Assembly (NCBI RefSeq): GCF_001194135.2
Contig: NC_068990.1
Coordinates: 22,988,073 to 23,022,200 of the forward strand
DNA: 34,128 nt
Reading direction: 5' to 3'
DNA from: Octopus bimaculoides
Lineage: Eukaryota
Of this stretch, positions 24,224 through 34,128 are shown piece after piece; the first letter of the stretch is position 1, and every line of letters begins with the position of its first letter. Below the pieces are notes generated by a model. The model saw only the letters and a program-made list of their open reading frames with translations. It was not told the DNA's origin and ran no database searches. A program made the translations under genes and the position numbers.

Positions 24224-25210
24224 CAGATGAATATGGTACTTAAGTTGAGGCACTAGAATTTAGTACGGTATTATCCATACAATTTCAAAGTAAGGTGATG
24301 AAAATCAAAATAAGCAACAAGGATATCCAGAGGTAATGCAGTACAATCGTTTCTTGCCACTCCAGGAGATAGACAAAGAACATGCTGTCTCACTCCAGTT
24401 TAGAAGTTACAGAATTTTCAAGAAGATATACATTGTTACAGACTTTGCCTATCACATTTTTTGTTTTTATGGGGTCAGTTTTAATTTATAGACTAGTTTA
24501 TCAAATCCCTTGTATATCTAAGGCTGAGAGAACAGAGGGCAGTATTTGTTAGGGGTAGGGCTGAGGGAACAGACAGACATCATAGTTGGTATAGTCATAA
24601 AAATCAAGATTTATTAGAAGCAATATCATGAGGTTTGGTAAAGGAAAACTTAAAACAAGATGTTAAGCTGATAATTAAGGAGAGGGGGGGCATCTGGTTG
24701 TAAAAAAATCATGCCAAAGCAGACAATGGATCTTGGTGCAATTCTCTAGCTCACCAGTTCCTGTCAAACCATTCAACTCATGCCAGCATGGAAGAGGGAC
24801 AATAGATGATGATGATGATGATGAATGACCAACTCTCTAGAATTCCACATCCACCCCAGTACATCTTTCCTGCAGTCATTGCATTAAACACACTGGTCAT
24901 GGATTCAGTTTCTTCCTTCAGACAAAACCGAAGGAAAAAAGGAAAAAAAAAGATCAACAATTAAAGAGAGTGAGCTTTCTCAATTCAGAATTCATCATTA
25001 CCAGATAAGGAAACGGTCATCAATTTTAGTGCTGCCACTGCTTATCCTGAAACTTTTACCTGCTGAAACTTTTAACCAAGATCACAACATGGCTGTGTCT
25101 CTGATGGATCATGAACAACCAACTTACTAAACTATTGTCTTAGCCATCTGCATACTCTTGTTAAATACATATTTAAAAATCAATAAATATAAATATAATT
25201 TGTTGCCTAC

Positions 25211-25262
25211 CTTCAAGCAAGAGGTATTCTAGTTCAAATTCAGCTGATACTCCATTACTGGC
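25211..25262 (-). CDS. UGGT: UGGT small exon, 52 nt, phase 0/1
   Basis: tatgcag|GCC ... GAAG|gtaggc. Encodes ASNGVSAEFELEYLLLE(G); AE(Y/F)ELEYLLLEG is conserved. Missed by the ORF track. Confidence 0.95.
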
Positions 25263-25866
25263 CTGCATAATAGAAATCAATAACGTAAAATATAGATACA
25301 TATATACATATACACACATTAAGAAAAACAGAGGAAAAAGTCAACAGGAAAAAACAATGCAAGGATATGGTACATGCAGAGTATTACTAAGACACTCAGA
25401 GAAGGAAAGAAAGAGTGGTTGTTTTATGTTTCAAGCAAAGCTCTTCTTCAGAAACAGGGGACATAGGAAAGTCCACAAGAAAAAAAAAAATTGCTAACAG
25501 TCCACATGTAGCTACAACTTATATACATACACACACACACACACGCACGCACGCACAAACTTTTGGAAGCATCGAATGTGTTTGGTATTTTACAGGCAAG
25601 AAAGGAAAATTTAAATTTCAAATGCAGTATAGCCATGAAAGCAGAAAGATTGGGTATATTACCCTTATAAGTCGGAAAAAGTTGTCTTATAAGAGTAATA
25701 TACCCAATCTTTCAGCTGTTTTCATGGCTAGACTGTGTTCAAAATTTAAATTTACTTTCTTATCTGTAATATATATATATGTGTGTGTATATATATATAT
25801 ATTTATATATTTCGGAGATGTACTTGCATAGCAAGTGACTTGATCTGAGATGCGTGTTGAAGCAAA

Positions 25867-26218
25867 AACAACTGTAGCATGGAAGGTGTTTGTAAGCCAT
25901 TCAAGAACACACAAAAAACATCAGTTTCACTTCAACATTTAAATTTCATTTGTGTCGAAATATTTTTAGCACTTTGAAACCGCAACCTGTTCACTGACAA
26001 AACTTTGTGCTGCATCTTGAAGTTTTGGCAGTGAACAGCTTGCATCACGAAGTCGTGTCGGTGAACATTTCACAGCACAAAGTTTTGCCAGTGAACAGGT
26101 CGCAGTTTCAAAGCAATGAAAATATTTTGACACAAATGAAATTTAAATGCTGAAACGAAACTAACAGTTTTTGTGTGTTTTTGAATGGCTTACAAACATC
26201 TTCCACACTGCAACTGTT
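25867..26218. repeat. Foldback inverted repeat: 146-bp arms (25867-26012 and 26073-26218) with a 60-bp spacer
   Basis: Manual alignment of the left arm with the reverse complement of the right arm gives about 22 mismatches and no indels. Confidence 0.92.
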
Positions 26219-26450
26219 TATATATAAGAGAAGAGTGTANNNNNNNNNNATATATACATATATATATATATACATGCATATTCATGTGTATGTATAAATA
26301 AATATATATCTCTATACATACACATGCATATATATAAATGTTAATATTAGTGTGTGTGTGTATATATGTATATAGAGAGAGAGGGGGGGAAAAGGATGGA
26401 GAAAGAGAGACAAACGGATAGACAGAGATGTGTAACATATGACTACATAC

Positions 26451-26640
26451 CTCTTCTAACATGATGTTATCCAAGTCGTAGGGTGATTTCACTGCTTCTA
26501 CCAACCAGCTTTCTGGCGGGTGCATGTTGAGGGTGAGCAACGACTTTTGGGGTAAGCTTTCAAATTTAGCATAAGGAACAGAGATGGCATTTCCATCAAC
26601 GCTGAACTTCAATTCAGGATCCAGTACATAGCGGTAGAAG
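26451..26640 (-). CDS. UGGT: UGGT exon, 190 nt, phase 2/0
   Basis: aatccag|C ... GAG|gtatgt. Encodes FYRYVLDPELKFSVDGNAISVPYAKFESLPQKSLLTLNMHPPESWLVEAVKSPYDLDNIMLEE, with the UGGT hallmarks FYRYVL, PESW.VE and YDLDNI.L. Confidence 0.97.
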
Positions 26641-26767
26641 CTGGATTGGAACAAAATCAAACATTTCCGGTTTAGCAAAAGAATTGACAATTAATTACAA
26701 TTTTATTATCTTCCATGAATAAAAGACAAATTATGTTGCAAATGAGAATTTATAATAAAAGTTTTCC

Positions 26768-27070
26768 CCATGGCTGTGTGGTTAAGAAGCTTGCTTTGCA
26801 ACTATGAAACTTCAGGTTCAGTCCCACTCTATGTCACGTCAAGCAAATGTCTTCTGTTATAGCCCTGGGACAACCAATGCTTTATGAATGAATCTGGTAG
26901 ATGGAAAACTGTGTAGAAGCCATCAAACACACTTATGTGTATATTTGTGCATGTCTTTCTGCCCTCCCCACACGAACTGACAACCGGTGTTGGCTGGTTT
27001 ACATCCCCATAACTTAGCAGTTTGGCAAAAGTGACCGAGAGAAAAAGCACCAGACTTTAAAAATAAGTAC
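26768..27070 (+). mobile_element. SINE family A, diverged
   Basis: tggctgtgtggttaagaagcttgc...ttcaggttcagtcccac...tggtagatggaaaactg. Confidence 0.85.
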
Positions 27071-27436
27071 TAATGTCCATCTGTTGTGCTTTTGATCAAA
27101 TCACTTCATTTTACATTGCTCCAAGTCCACTCAGCTGGTAAAAAGGAGTAACCCTGCAATGAACTAGTGTCCCATCCAGGGAGAAATATGTAAACCAGAG
27201 AAACTAGGAAACCAGCCATAACCTCCTTACAGTGTAATATGGACAAACCATCTTGCAGGTTTACTAAACGAATCCTTTGCCATTGTACATTGGAAAGTAC
27301 AGTGAAACCAATGTTTTGTTGATAAGGTCATAACATTTACCATATTTTATGGCATAAAAGATGCACAATTTTTCTTTTATTCTATTTTTTTTAGATATGA
27401 TGATGATGATGATGTCACAAAAAAAAATAATAAATA

Positions 27437-27830
27437 GGTGCAGTCGTGGCTATATGGTAAGAAGCTTGCTTTCCAACCACATGGTTCAGTCCCACTGCAT
27501 GGCACCTTGGGCAAATGCCTTCTACTATAGCCTCGGGCTGACCAAAGCCTTCTGAGTGGATTTGGTAGATGGAAACTGAAAGAAGCCCGTCGTATGTATA
27601 CGACGGACTATATGTTTGTATTTCTGTGTTTGTCCCCACCACAATCGCTTGACAACCGATGTTGGTGTGTTTATGTCACCCGTAACTTAGCAGTTCAGTA
27701 AAAGAGACCAATAGAATAAGTACAAGGCTTACAAAGAATAAGTCCTGGGGTTGATTCGTTCGACTAAAGGCAGTTTTCTCGCATGGCTGCAGTTAAATGA
27801 CTGAAGCAAGTAAAAGAATAAAAGAATAAA
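27437..27830 (+). mobile_element. SINE family A, near full length
   Basis: Collinear with 4945-5367; tail (aagaataa)n. Confidence 0.9.
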
Positions 27831-28007
27831 TAAATCACCCTGGGTCCTATATGTGAAATTGGGCCTCTATTACATGCTGTAATGCACTAAAACCTTTTTT
27901 TCCCAGTTGAAATTGGGGTACACTTAATATGCTGTTCATCTTCTAAGCCATTAAATACAATATTTATCTTGAGACAGAATTTAAAAAAAACACCTAAAGG
28001 CACTTAC

Positions 28008-28087
28008 TTTGTAAGGGGTAATTCTGACAGCTTGTCTTTGCAGTTCATATAAATCTTGATATTCATGTTGGCGACTTTTTGAAGGGT
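28008..28087 (-). CDS. UGGT: UGGT exon, 80 nt, phase 0/2
   Basis: tttctag|ACC ... AA|gtaagt. Encodes TLQKVANMNIKIYMNCKDKLSELPLT, matching MNC..KLS(E/D)(M/L)PL. Confidence 0.93.
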
Positions 28088-28273
28088 CTAGAAATAGGAA
28101 AGATCAAATCATTTGTGAATAAACAAAGAAAAACTAAAAGAACTTTGCAAGGTGAAAGAAGTCGGCACAGCCACACCAGGGGTTGAAACTAAATCTGTGG
28201 TTGCCCAATAGATATGTACAGGAAAGGAGAAAAAAAGTTGATGTGGGATCATTGAGTTAAATCAGTTACTTAC

Positions 28274-28376
28274 AATTAAAATAGGAATAAGCTTCTGAGT
28301 TTCTCTTGAAACAGGGTCCATGATGACTTCGACTTCAAATGAGGGTGCATTGGGGTCAGCAGGTATTTTGATGACG
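28274..28376 (-). CDS. UGGT: UGGT exon, 103 nt, phase 2/0
   Basis: cctgcag|C ... ATT|gtaagt. Encodes (S)VIKIPADPNAPSFEVEVIMDPVSRETQKLIPILI, matching DP.(S/T)R.AQ(K/R)L.P.L. Confidence 0.93.
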
Positions 28377-28470
28377 CTGCAGGGAATGTATTTAGGAGAA
28401 AATGAGAGATGAGTGTGATCAGAGCCAAAAAACACGAAGAACGGTGTATGAGAAAGTGAGTGAGGATGGC

Positions 28471-28511
<41 letters not shown>

Positions 28512-28639
28512 CATAGCAACAGTGAGGTGGAATAACGTTGTAACATAAGACTTGTAGGAGGAAAGACACACAGATGCTGTTTCTAATGGAGAATTGTAAG
28601 AAACTATGATAACAAGAGATAACATATATTGCTATAGAG

Positions 28640-29130
28640 AAGGTCTTCTCAAGCGATACGCTGTGCTTGAGAAGACCTGGGTCAAGTAAAATAGATATAG
28701 TAGTCGTGGCTGATACCAGTGCCACCTAACTGGCACCTATGCTGGTGGCATGTAATAAGCACTGTTTAAGCATGGGTTGATGTTTGTGCCACCTGACTGG
28801 CTCCCTGTGCTGGTGGCACATAATAAGCACCATTTAAGCATGGGTTGATGCTAGTGCCACCTGACTGNNNNNNNNNNTGGCACATAATAAGCACCATTTA
28901 AGCATGGGTTGATGCTAGTGCCACCTGACTGGCTCCCTGTGCTGGTGGCACATAATAAGTACCATTTAAGCATGGGTTGATGCATGTGCCACCTGACTGG
29001 CTCCCTGTGCTGGTGGCACATAATAAGCACCATTTAAGCATGGGTTGATGCTAGTGCCACCTGACTGGCTCCCTGTGCTGGTGGCATGTAAAAAGCACCA
29101 TCTGAAAATGGTCGATGTCAGTGCCCCATT
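28640..29130 (+). repeat. 68-bp minisatellite (about 5-6 units) derived from the RTE 3' UTR internal repeat
   Basis: Unit ggcacataataagcaccatttaagcatgggttgatgctagtgccacctgactggctccctgtgctggt repeated near-identically, with a small N gap inside. Confidence 0.9.
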
Positions 29131-29319
29131 TTTGGGGAGCGGGCCAGTTGATTAGATCGACCCAGTATGCAACTGGTACTTAATTTATCAACTCCGAAAG
29201 GACGAAAGGAAAAGTCGACCTCGGCGGAATTTGAACTCAGAACGACTGCAAAGTATTTTGCCTAGCTCGTTATGATTCTGCCAGCTCGCTGCTCTCTATT
29301 AATTCAATGTGGTTGGCTG

Positions 29320-29560
29320 TCATCATCATCATTTAATGTCCGCTTTCCATGCTAGCATGGGTTGGACGATTTGACTGGGGACTGGCGAACCAGATGGCTA
29401 CACCAGACTCCAGTCTGATCTGGCAGAGTTTCTACAGCTGGATACCCTTCCTAACGCCAACCACTCTGAGAGTGTAGTGGGTGCTTTTTACATGCCACCA
29501 GCACAAGGGCCAGTCCAGTGGTACTGGCAATGTGGTTGGAAAAGGTTCAAAAAGGCCAAA
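29320..29560 (-). mobile_element. RTE-tail family copy
   Basis: catcatcatttaatgtccgctttccatgctagcatgggttggacg... core. Confidence 0.9.
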
Positions 29561-29759
29561 ATGCATCTGGCGTTCTCTGCTGGCTACTGCTACTGGGATG
29601 GATTTTCGTTTTCCTCTGACCTTTATGATACAGACCATCCAGGAGAGATGTTTTCTCAGGACAAGTACTACAGTTAACTAGCCTATCAAGAGTGTATACA
29701 TTAAATATGATACATAAATAGCTTTTTATATATATATATATATTTTTTTTTTTATTTAC

Positions 29760-29855
29760 CTGTGACCATCAGCATGATAGTTGATGTCTTTACGGCTTTC
29801 ACTTAGTGTTTTTGCTGACAGTAAGGAAGCGATCTTCATCACGAGGTCACTAGCC
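29760..29855 (-). CDS. UGGT: UGGT exon, 96 nt, phase 2/2
   Basis: ctttcag|G ... AG|gtaaat. Encodes (K)ASDLVMKIASLLSAKTLSESRKDINYHADGH; ASDLVMK is conserved in UGGT. Confidence 0.92.
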
Positions 29856-30034
29856 CTGAAAGATAATAAGACATGCAAAGAAATACTATTAAGAGGGACA
29901 ACAAAATAAGAAATATATGAGTGTATGCATGTGTGCAATTAGTCATGTCTAAGTGCACTTTTTTAATACAAGATTTTAACTGCAAAACTGGAGTGAGATA
30001 TCTTGCTTGTTGATTTCAATTGTCAGATTGTAGC

Positions 30035-30470
30035 CATGCTGTGGCACTGCTTTGATAAGGTTGTAGTCAAACAAAACAACACCAGAACTTTTGCATTTTA
30101 AAGCCTAGTACTTATTCTATCAGTCTCCTCTGCTGAACTGTCAAGTTATGGGGATGTAAACAAACCAACAAAAGTCATCAAGCAGTGATATATATATATA
30201 TATATATATATGACAAGTTTCTCTCAACTTCTGTCTACCAAATCCACTTACAAGGATTTGGCCAGCCGTGTTGGTGGCACGTAATCAGCACCATTTAAGC
30301 ATGGGTTGGTGCTAGAGCCACCTGATTGGCTCCCTGTGCTGGTGACATGTAAAAAGCACCATCTGATAATGGTCGATGTCAGTGCCCCATCACATTTACC
30401 CTAGGTGCCACACAATGGAACTGAGCCTGAAGCCATGAGGTTGGGAAGCAAGCTTCTTACCACATAGCCA
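30035..30470 (-). mobile_element. SINE family A interrupted by a 123-bp templated insert (30268-30390)
   Basis: Family A minus-strand sequence on both sides of the insert. Confidence 0.82.
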
Positions 30471-30639
30471 CAAAAAGCTTTGTACCAAGATTTAACACTA
30501 AATTAGGGGTGGATAATACGTGAGTAAATACCTTTAATTATGAAGCAAACTATTCATAGCAGGTTTTTAATAATGAAGGTCATCCTAATAGGGGCATTGT
30601 GCTTACTGTTACCCAGCTGGTGTTGTTATTTTCTGTAGT

Positions 30640-31260
30640 GTCGCACTAACCCTGCTAGGTTCTTTAGTGCTGTGTGACCAGTCCTTCGGAGTACTTTTGT
30701 ATAGAGTAAGACCTATTTTTCTAGGTACTTTACTATAGAGTAAGACCTATTCTTCAGGGTACTTTAGTATAGAGCAGTGGTTCCCAAACATTTTCAGGCT
30801 GTCACCTCCTTGACACTCAGGCCACATTCTTAGCCTCCCCCACCTCAACTAACCATCACAAGCATAAACCACTTTCTGAAGCAAATTCAAAGCAACACTA
30901 TTTCAGATATAACTTAACTTAATGAACTCATTCTTTTGTTGTTTTTACATGAAACACCATCCCATTATCATCCAAATTTTTACATAAATCGCTACCCCAT
31001 TATCGTCCAGTTTTCTTCAATGCCCCACTGGAACTTTCCACTGCCCCCAAGGGGATAATACTGCCCACTTTGGGAACCACTGGTATAGAGGAAGACCTAT
31101 TCTTCTGGGTACTTTACCAAAGAGCAAGACAAGTTCTTCTGGGTACTTGAGTATAGAGTAACACCTATTCTTCTGGGTCCTGTATCATTATGTGACCCAC
31201 TCTTCTGGGTTTTGTAAGTGCTGTGCAACCTAATCTTTGGGGTTCTGTAGTGTAATATGA
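30640..31260. repeat. Degenerate minisatellite of about 33-34 bp (gggtactttagtatagagtaagacctattcttct), split by the hAT MITE
   Basis: At least 6 recognisable units on both sides of 30775-31082. Confidence 0.85.
30775..31082. mobile_element. hAT-like MITE, 308 bp
   Basis: Perfect 14-bp TIR CAGTGGTTCCCAAA / TTTGGGAACCACTG and an 8-bp TSD GTATAGAG at 30767-30774 and 31083-31090. Confidence 0.92.
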
Positions 31261-31337
31261 TTCAGCACAAGATCCAGACCCTGCCACACCTCGGCGTGTC
31301 TGTTACAGAAAAATAAATACATCAATAAAAAATTTAC

Positions 31338-31468
31338 TTGTCACTATTAGCATTAGCAGATTCAATATGAGCTTGGATTTTCTTTGCACTGGTTTGCATC
31401 AGATGCTTCTCAAACAATGAGAAATCCTCCTGTATGAACACCTCATCGTCTTTTAGTGGACCAATAAC
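31338..31468 (-). CDS. UGGT: UGGT exon, 131 nt, phase 0/2
   Basis: ttaccag|GTT ... AA|gtaaat. Encodes VIGPLKDDEVFIQEDFSLFEKHLMQTSAKKIQAHIESANANSD; NG(R/K)(V/I)IGPL..E.F...DF.L is a UGGT motif. Confidence 0.92.
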
Positions 31469-31683
31469 CTGGTAAGCAAAAAAGGCAAAAAAAAAAACAT
31501 TACCAAATAAGGAATCTGAACATTTTCTTTTTTCAAATGCATTAACAAATGGACAGAACTAATAACAAACTTCCCTATTTTAGCCACAGCTTTCTTTTTA
31601 ACTATGAAACTGTTGAGAGAAGCTCTAGGTTTCTTGATCTGCTAGAAATAGCAGCTAAGTTTCCCATACACATTATTACTTAA

Positions 31684-31889
31684 CCCTTTAGCATTTAAAC
31701 TGGCTATAGCCTGTCCAAATATTCTATCTGTTTAACATTAAAAAACTAGCCAGATCTGGCTTATCCTACTTAACCTATCATGTCATTCTAAATATAAACA
31801 ATCACATCATTGAAATCTCAGAGCTACCATTAATTGAAAAGCAATGTGAATAAGCAAGCAGCACAAGGAACGATATGAATGTTAAAAAG
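31684..31889. mobile_element. Second piggyBac-like MITE family; related copies at about 7205-7390 and 17898-18105 (opposite orientation)
   Basis: TTAA CCCTTTAGCATT ... AATGTTAAAAAG TTAA, with shared internal aaactggc.ata.cc..ccaaatattct...cagatctggc. Confidence 0.75.
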
Positions 31890-32292
31890 TTAAATAAAGG
31901 AGGCTACATTGAACAATAGATGAGAGGGTTATAGCTGGAATCTCTGCAACCATTATCCTGATTGTTTAGCTCCTGGTTAGTTTCCTGGTTAGTTTCCTGA
32001 TCAAACAACAACAATTGTCAAGTTCGTAACTCAGTGACAGAGTCAATGAGGGAGGTTCTACACAGTTACTTGACCTATTAGGAACAGCAGCCAAATCGCC
32101 CTCAAATCACAGCAAGCATCTTAACATATTAACCATCACATGTATTACTGGTGGTTCATCGCAAACTTCACACAACTACCACATGGTGGTACAATTTCAT
32201 AATTTGAGAAAATAATTTATTTTGCATCTTTTGACATGGTTTTGAGGATATTTAAATAACTTGAGTATTAAATTATCATCCTCATCCTTTAA

Positions 32293-32517
32293 CCCATTCG
32301 ATACCAACCCGGCTGAAACTGCCTCTCGTCCTGTAGTATAAATGTCTTGTTTTCGTAAGTTTTGAGTTAAAATCTCCCACCAAACTTTAGTAACAATTTA
32401 TGTTCCTAACACCAGTTTAATGATAACTAAGTTATTTTACTAACTTCTTTGTTATATTTAAAATTAATTGAAAAAAAAAACACAGAGCATCTCAAAATAA
32501 ATACAGTAACAAAAGGG
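32293..32517. mobile_element. piggyBac-like MITE inserted into the TTAA of an RTE tail
   Basis: TTAA (32289-32292) CCCATTCGATAC ... GTAACAAAAGGG TTAA (32518-32521). The flanks rejoin to give tttaacgccc...ttccaggctgggcatgagttagacgg. Confidence 0.85.
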
Positions 32518-32894
32518 TTAACGCCCATTTTCCAGGCTGGCATGAGTTAGACGGCTTGATTAGAGCTGACAATCTGAAGAGCTGCTCCAGGTTCCAGTCT
32601 AATTTGGCTTAATTTCCATGGCCGGATGCTCTTCTTAATGCCAACCACTTTACAGCGTGTGCTGGGTGCTTTTAACATACCACTGGCACAAGAAAATATT
32701 AAATATTAAAGTTCAATTGTGAAATGTTGTAGAAATGCCAAAAAAAATTACACATCCTTGTGATTAAATAGTATGTAGTGTGACCGAAAATACACAGCAT
32801 CACTGGTAAGTTTCAGTAAAATGCCTTGGCATTTAACATATTAAAAAAGGAAAGGCACTTTGGATAATATAGTTCCAGATATCCTATTCATTTA

Positions 32895-33225
32895 TTCTTT
32901 TACTTGTTTCAGCTATTTGACTGCGGCCATGCTGGAGCACCACCTTAAAGGGTTTTCGTCGAAGAAATTATTCTTTGTAAGCCTAGTACTTATACTATCA
33001 GTCTCTTCTGCTGAACCGCTAAGTTACAGGGACATAAACACACCAGCAGCAGTTGTCAAGCAAGAGCGGGGGACAAACACAGACACACACAAATATATAC
33101 ATATATATGTATATGACAGGCTTCTTCCAGTTTCCATCTACCAAATTCACTCGCAAGGCTTTGGTCAGCCTGAGGCTATAGCAGAAGACACTTGCCCAAG
33201 GTGCCACGCAGTGGGACTGAACCAG
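32895..33225 (-). mobile_element. SINE family A
   Basis: Reverse complement of family A body and tail (gactgcggccatgctggagcacc...gccacgcagtgggactgaacc). Confidence 0.88.
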
Positions 33226-33511
33226 TGCACTTTGTGATTGGTGTTAAGAACGACCGCACACTGTAGAAACCATAAAATAAACATTAGAGCGTGATGTAAT
33301 CCTTTGACTCACCAAATCCTGTCAAAATAGCCGAAATGATGATAATGACAAAAGATAGACGACTAAAGTTGGAATGTCTGAAATCATGTCTACACAATCA
33401 AGATTGATCTGGAGCTAAACAACAACGAAACTGCCCTCAGTACAAAACTTTTCAAAAACTGAAGCGAGTCAGTAAACAAACAAAAAAGGAAATATTTGAT
33501 ATTTACTCTAC

Positions 33512-33643
33512 CTTTCCGTTTCCTATAATTGCATGTGATCCAGGCGGTAGAGATAGAACTCTTTCGACAAACATGTGATGGACTTTGAGAAAGGTATCGT
33601 CTTGTCTCTCCAGTGTAGCCATATACTGGTCAATATCCATACC
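33512..33643 (-). CDS. UGGT: UGGT exon, 132 nt, phase 0/0
   Basis: tttgtag|GGT ... AAG|gtagag. Encodes GMDIDQYMATLERQDDTFLKVHHMFVERVLSLPPGSHAIIGNGK. Confidence 0.9.
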
Positions 33644-33777
33644 CTACAAACAGAACCAATGACAATTAGATCTCTCTTCGAAAGGTGGATGGGTGGCTGT
33701 CACACCTTACAGTCTTGGCCATCAACACTGCTCTAGATGAACATCATCGTTAAAATATAATACCAAACAATACTCAC

Positions 33778-33981
33778 GCTAACATCTAGATCTCTTAAAG
33801 TTTTGGTCCCATCATTCAGTTCTTTTATGTTTTCTTCTTTGACAAGTTTTGTGACGAAATTCCGGAGCATGTTTCCACTCAGCGTCGTCAAAGCAACATG
33901 GATGGCTTTGTTGATGGCATTTTTTGCTTTGGAATCAGTGGGATTAAAAACTATTCCAACCCTCAAACTACTAGAAAATCT
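33778..33981 (-). CDS. UGGT: UGGT exon (first in window), 204 nt, phase 0/0
   Basis: Acceptor ttttcag|AGA, donor AGC|gtgagt. Encodes RFSSSLRVGIVFNPTDSKAKNAINKAIHVALTTLSG...RDLDVS, similar to the UGGT segment KSSNNVRISMINNP, and joins in frame to the next exon. Confidence 0.85.
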
Positions 33982-34128
33982 CTGAAAAAAAAACACAGAA
34001 AATACCAAATTGGTAAGAATATTGTGGAAAACACACAGAAGTTGTTACTAAGAATGAGAGATAAAAACTAACATTATGTCATACCTTATAAAATCAAATG
34101 GGTTTTATTGGGCACCCATGCCAACGTC

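Noticed and set aside
24220-24700. Possible Penelope/LINE coding remnant; similar-looking unique sequence at 13080-13430
   Set aside because: Manual translation gave no recognisable RT or GIY-YIG motif, so it cannot be supported without a database search.
28740-29130. CRISPR-like appearance of regular repeats
   Set aside because: Units are head-to-tail without unique spacers, in a eukaryotic intron; it is a minisatellite.
34085-34128. Possible upstream UGGT exon ending at AAG|gtatga (minus strand)
   Set aside because: All three frames contain a stop within the 44 nt available, and there is no similarity to the expected UGGT sequence.

Overview
AT-rich, repeat-dense eukaryotic genomic DNA with several N gaps. 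The repeat families and microsatellite load look like an octopus (coleoid cephalopod) assembly; that assignment is inference. One protein-coding gene spans the window on the minus strand: UDP-glucose:glycoprotein glucosyltransferase (UGGT, ER folding sensor). I assembled 15 consecutive internal exons by hand, from 33981 down to 3791 (1646 nt = 548 codons + 2 nt). All are in phase, and they cover the central region, the beta-sandwich/linker region and the start of the GT24 catalytic domain. The start of the gene and the DxD-bearing and later catalytic exons lie outside the window. One intron has a GC donor. Introns are filled with tRNA-headed SINEs, 3' ends of RTE-type LINEs, and MITEs with mariner-like, hAT-like and piggyBac-like ends, some nested. 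Best leads: a 146-bp-arm foldback whose mismatches are mostly G-U wobbles on the UGGT pre-mRNA strand, a candidate poison exon, locally templated duplications flanking an in-frame exon, and an unexplained CpG-rich island. I found no convincing novel protein-coding system. Repeat boundaries are approximate and all counts were made by eye.
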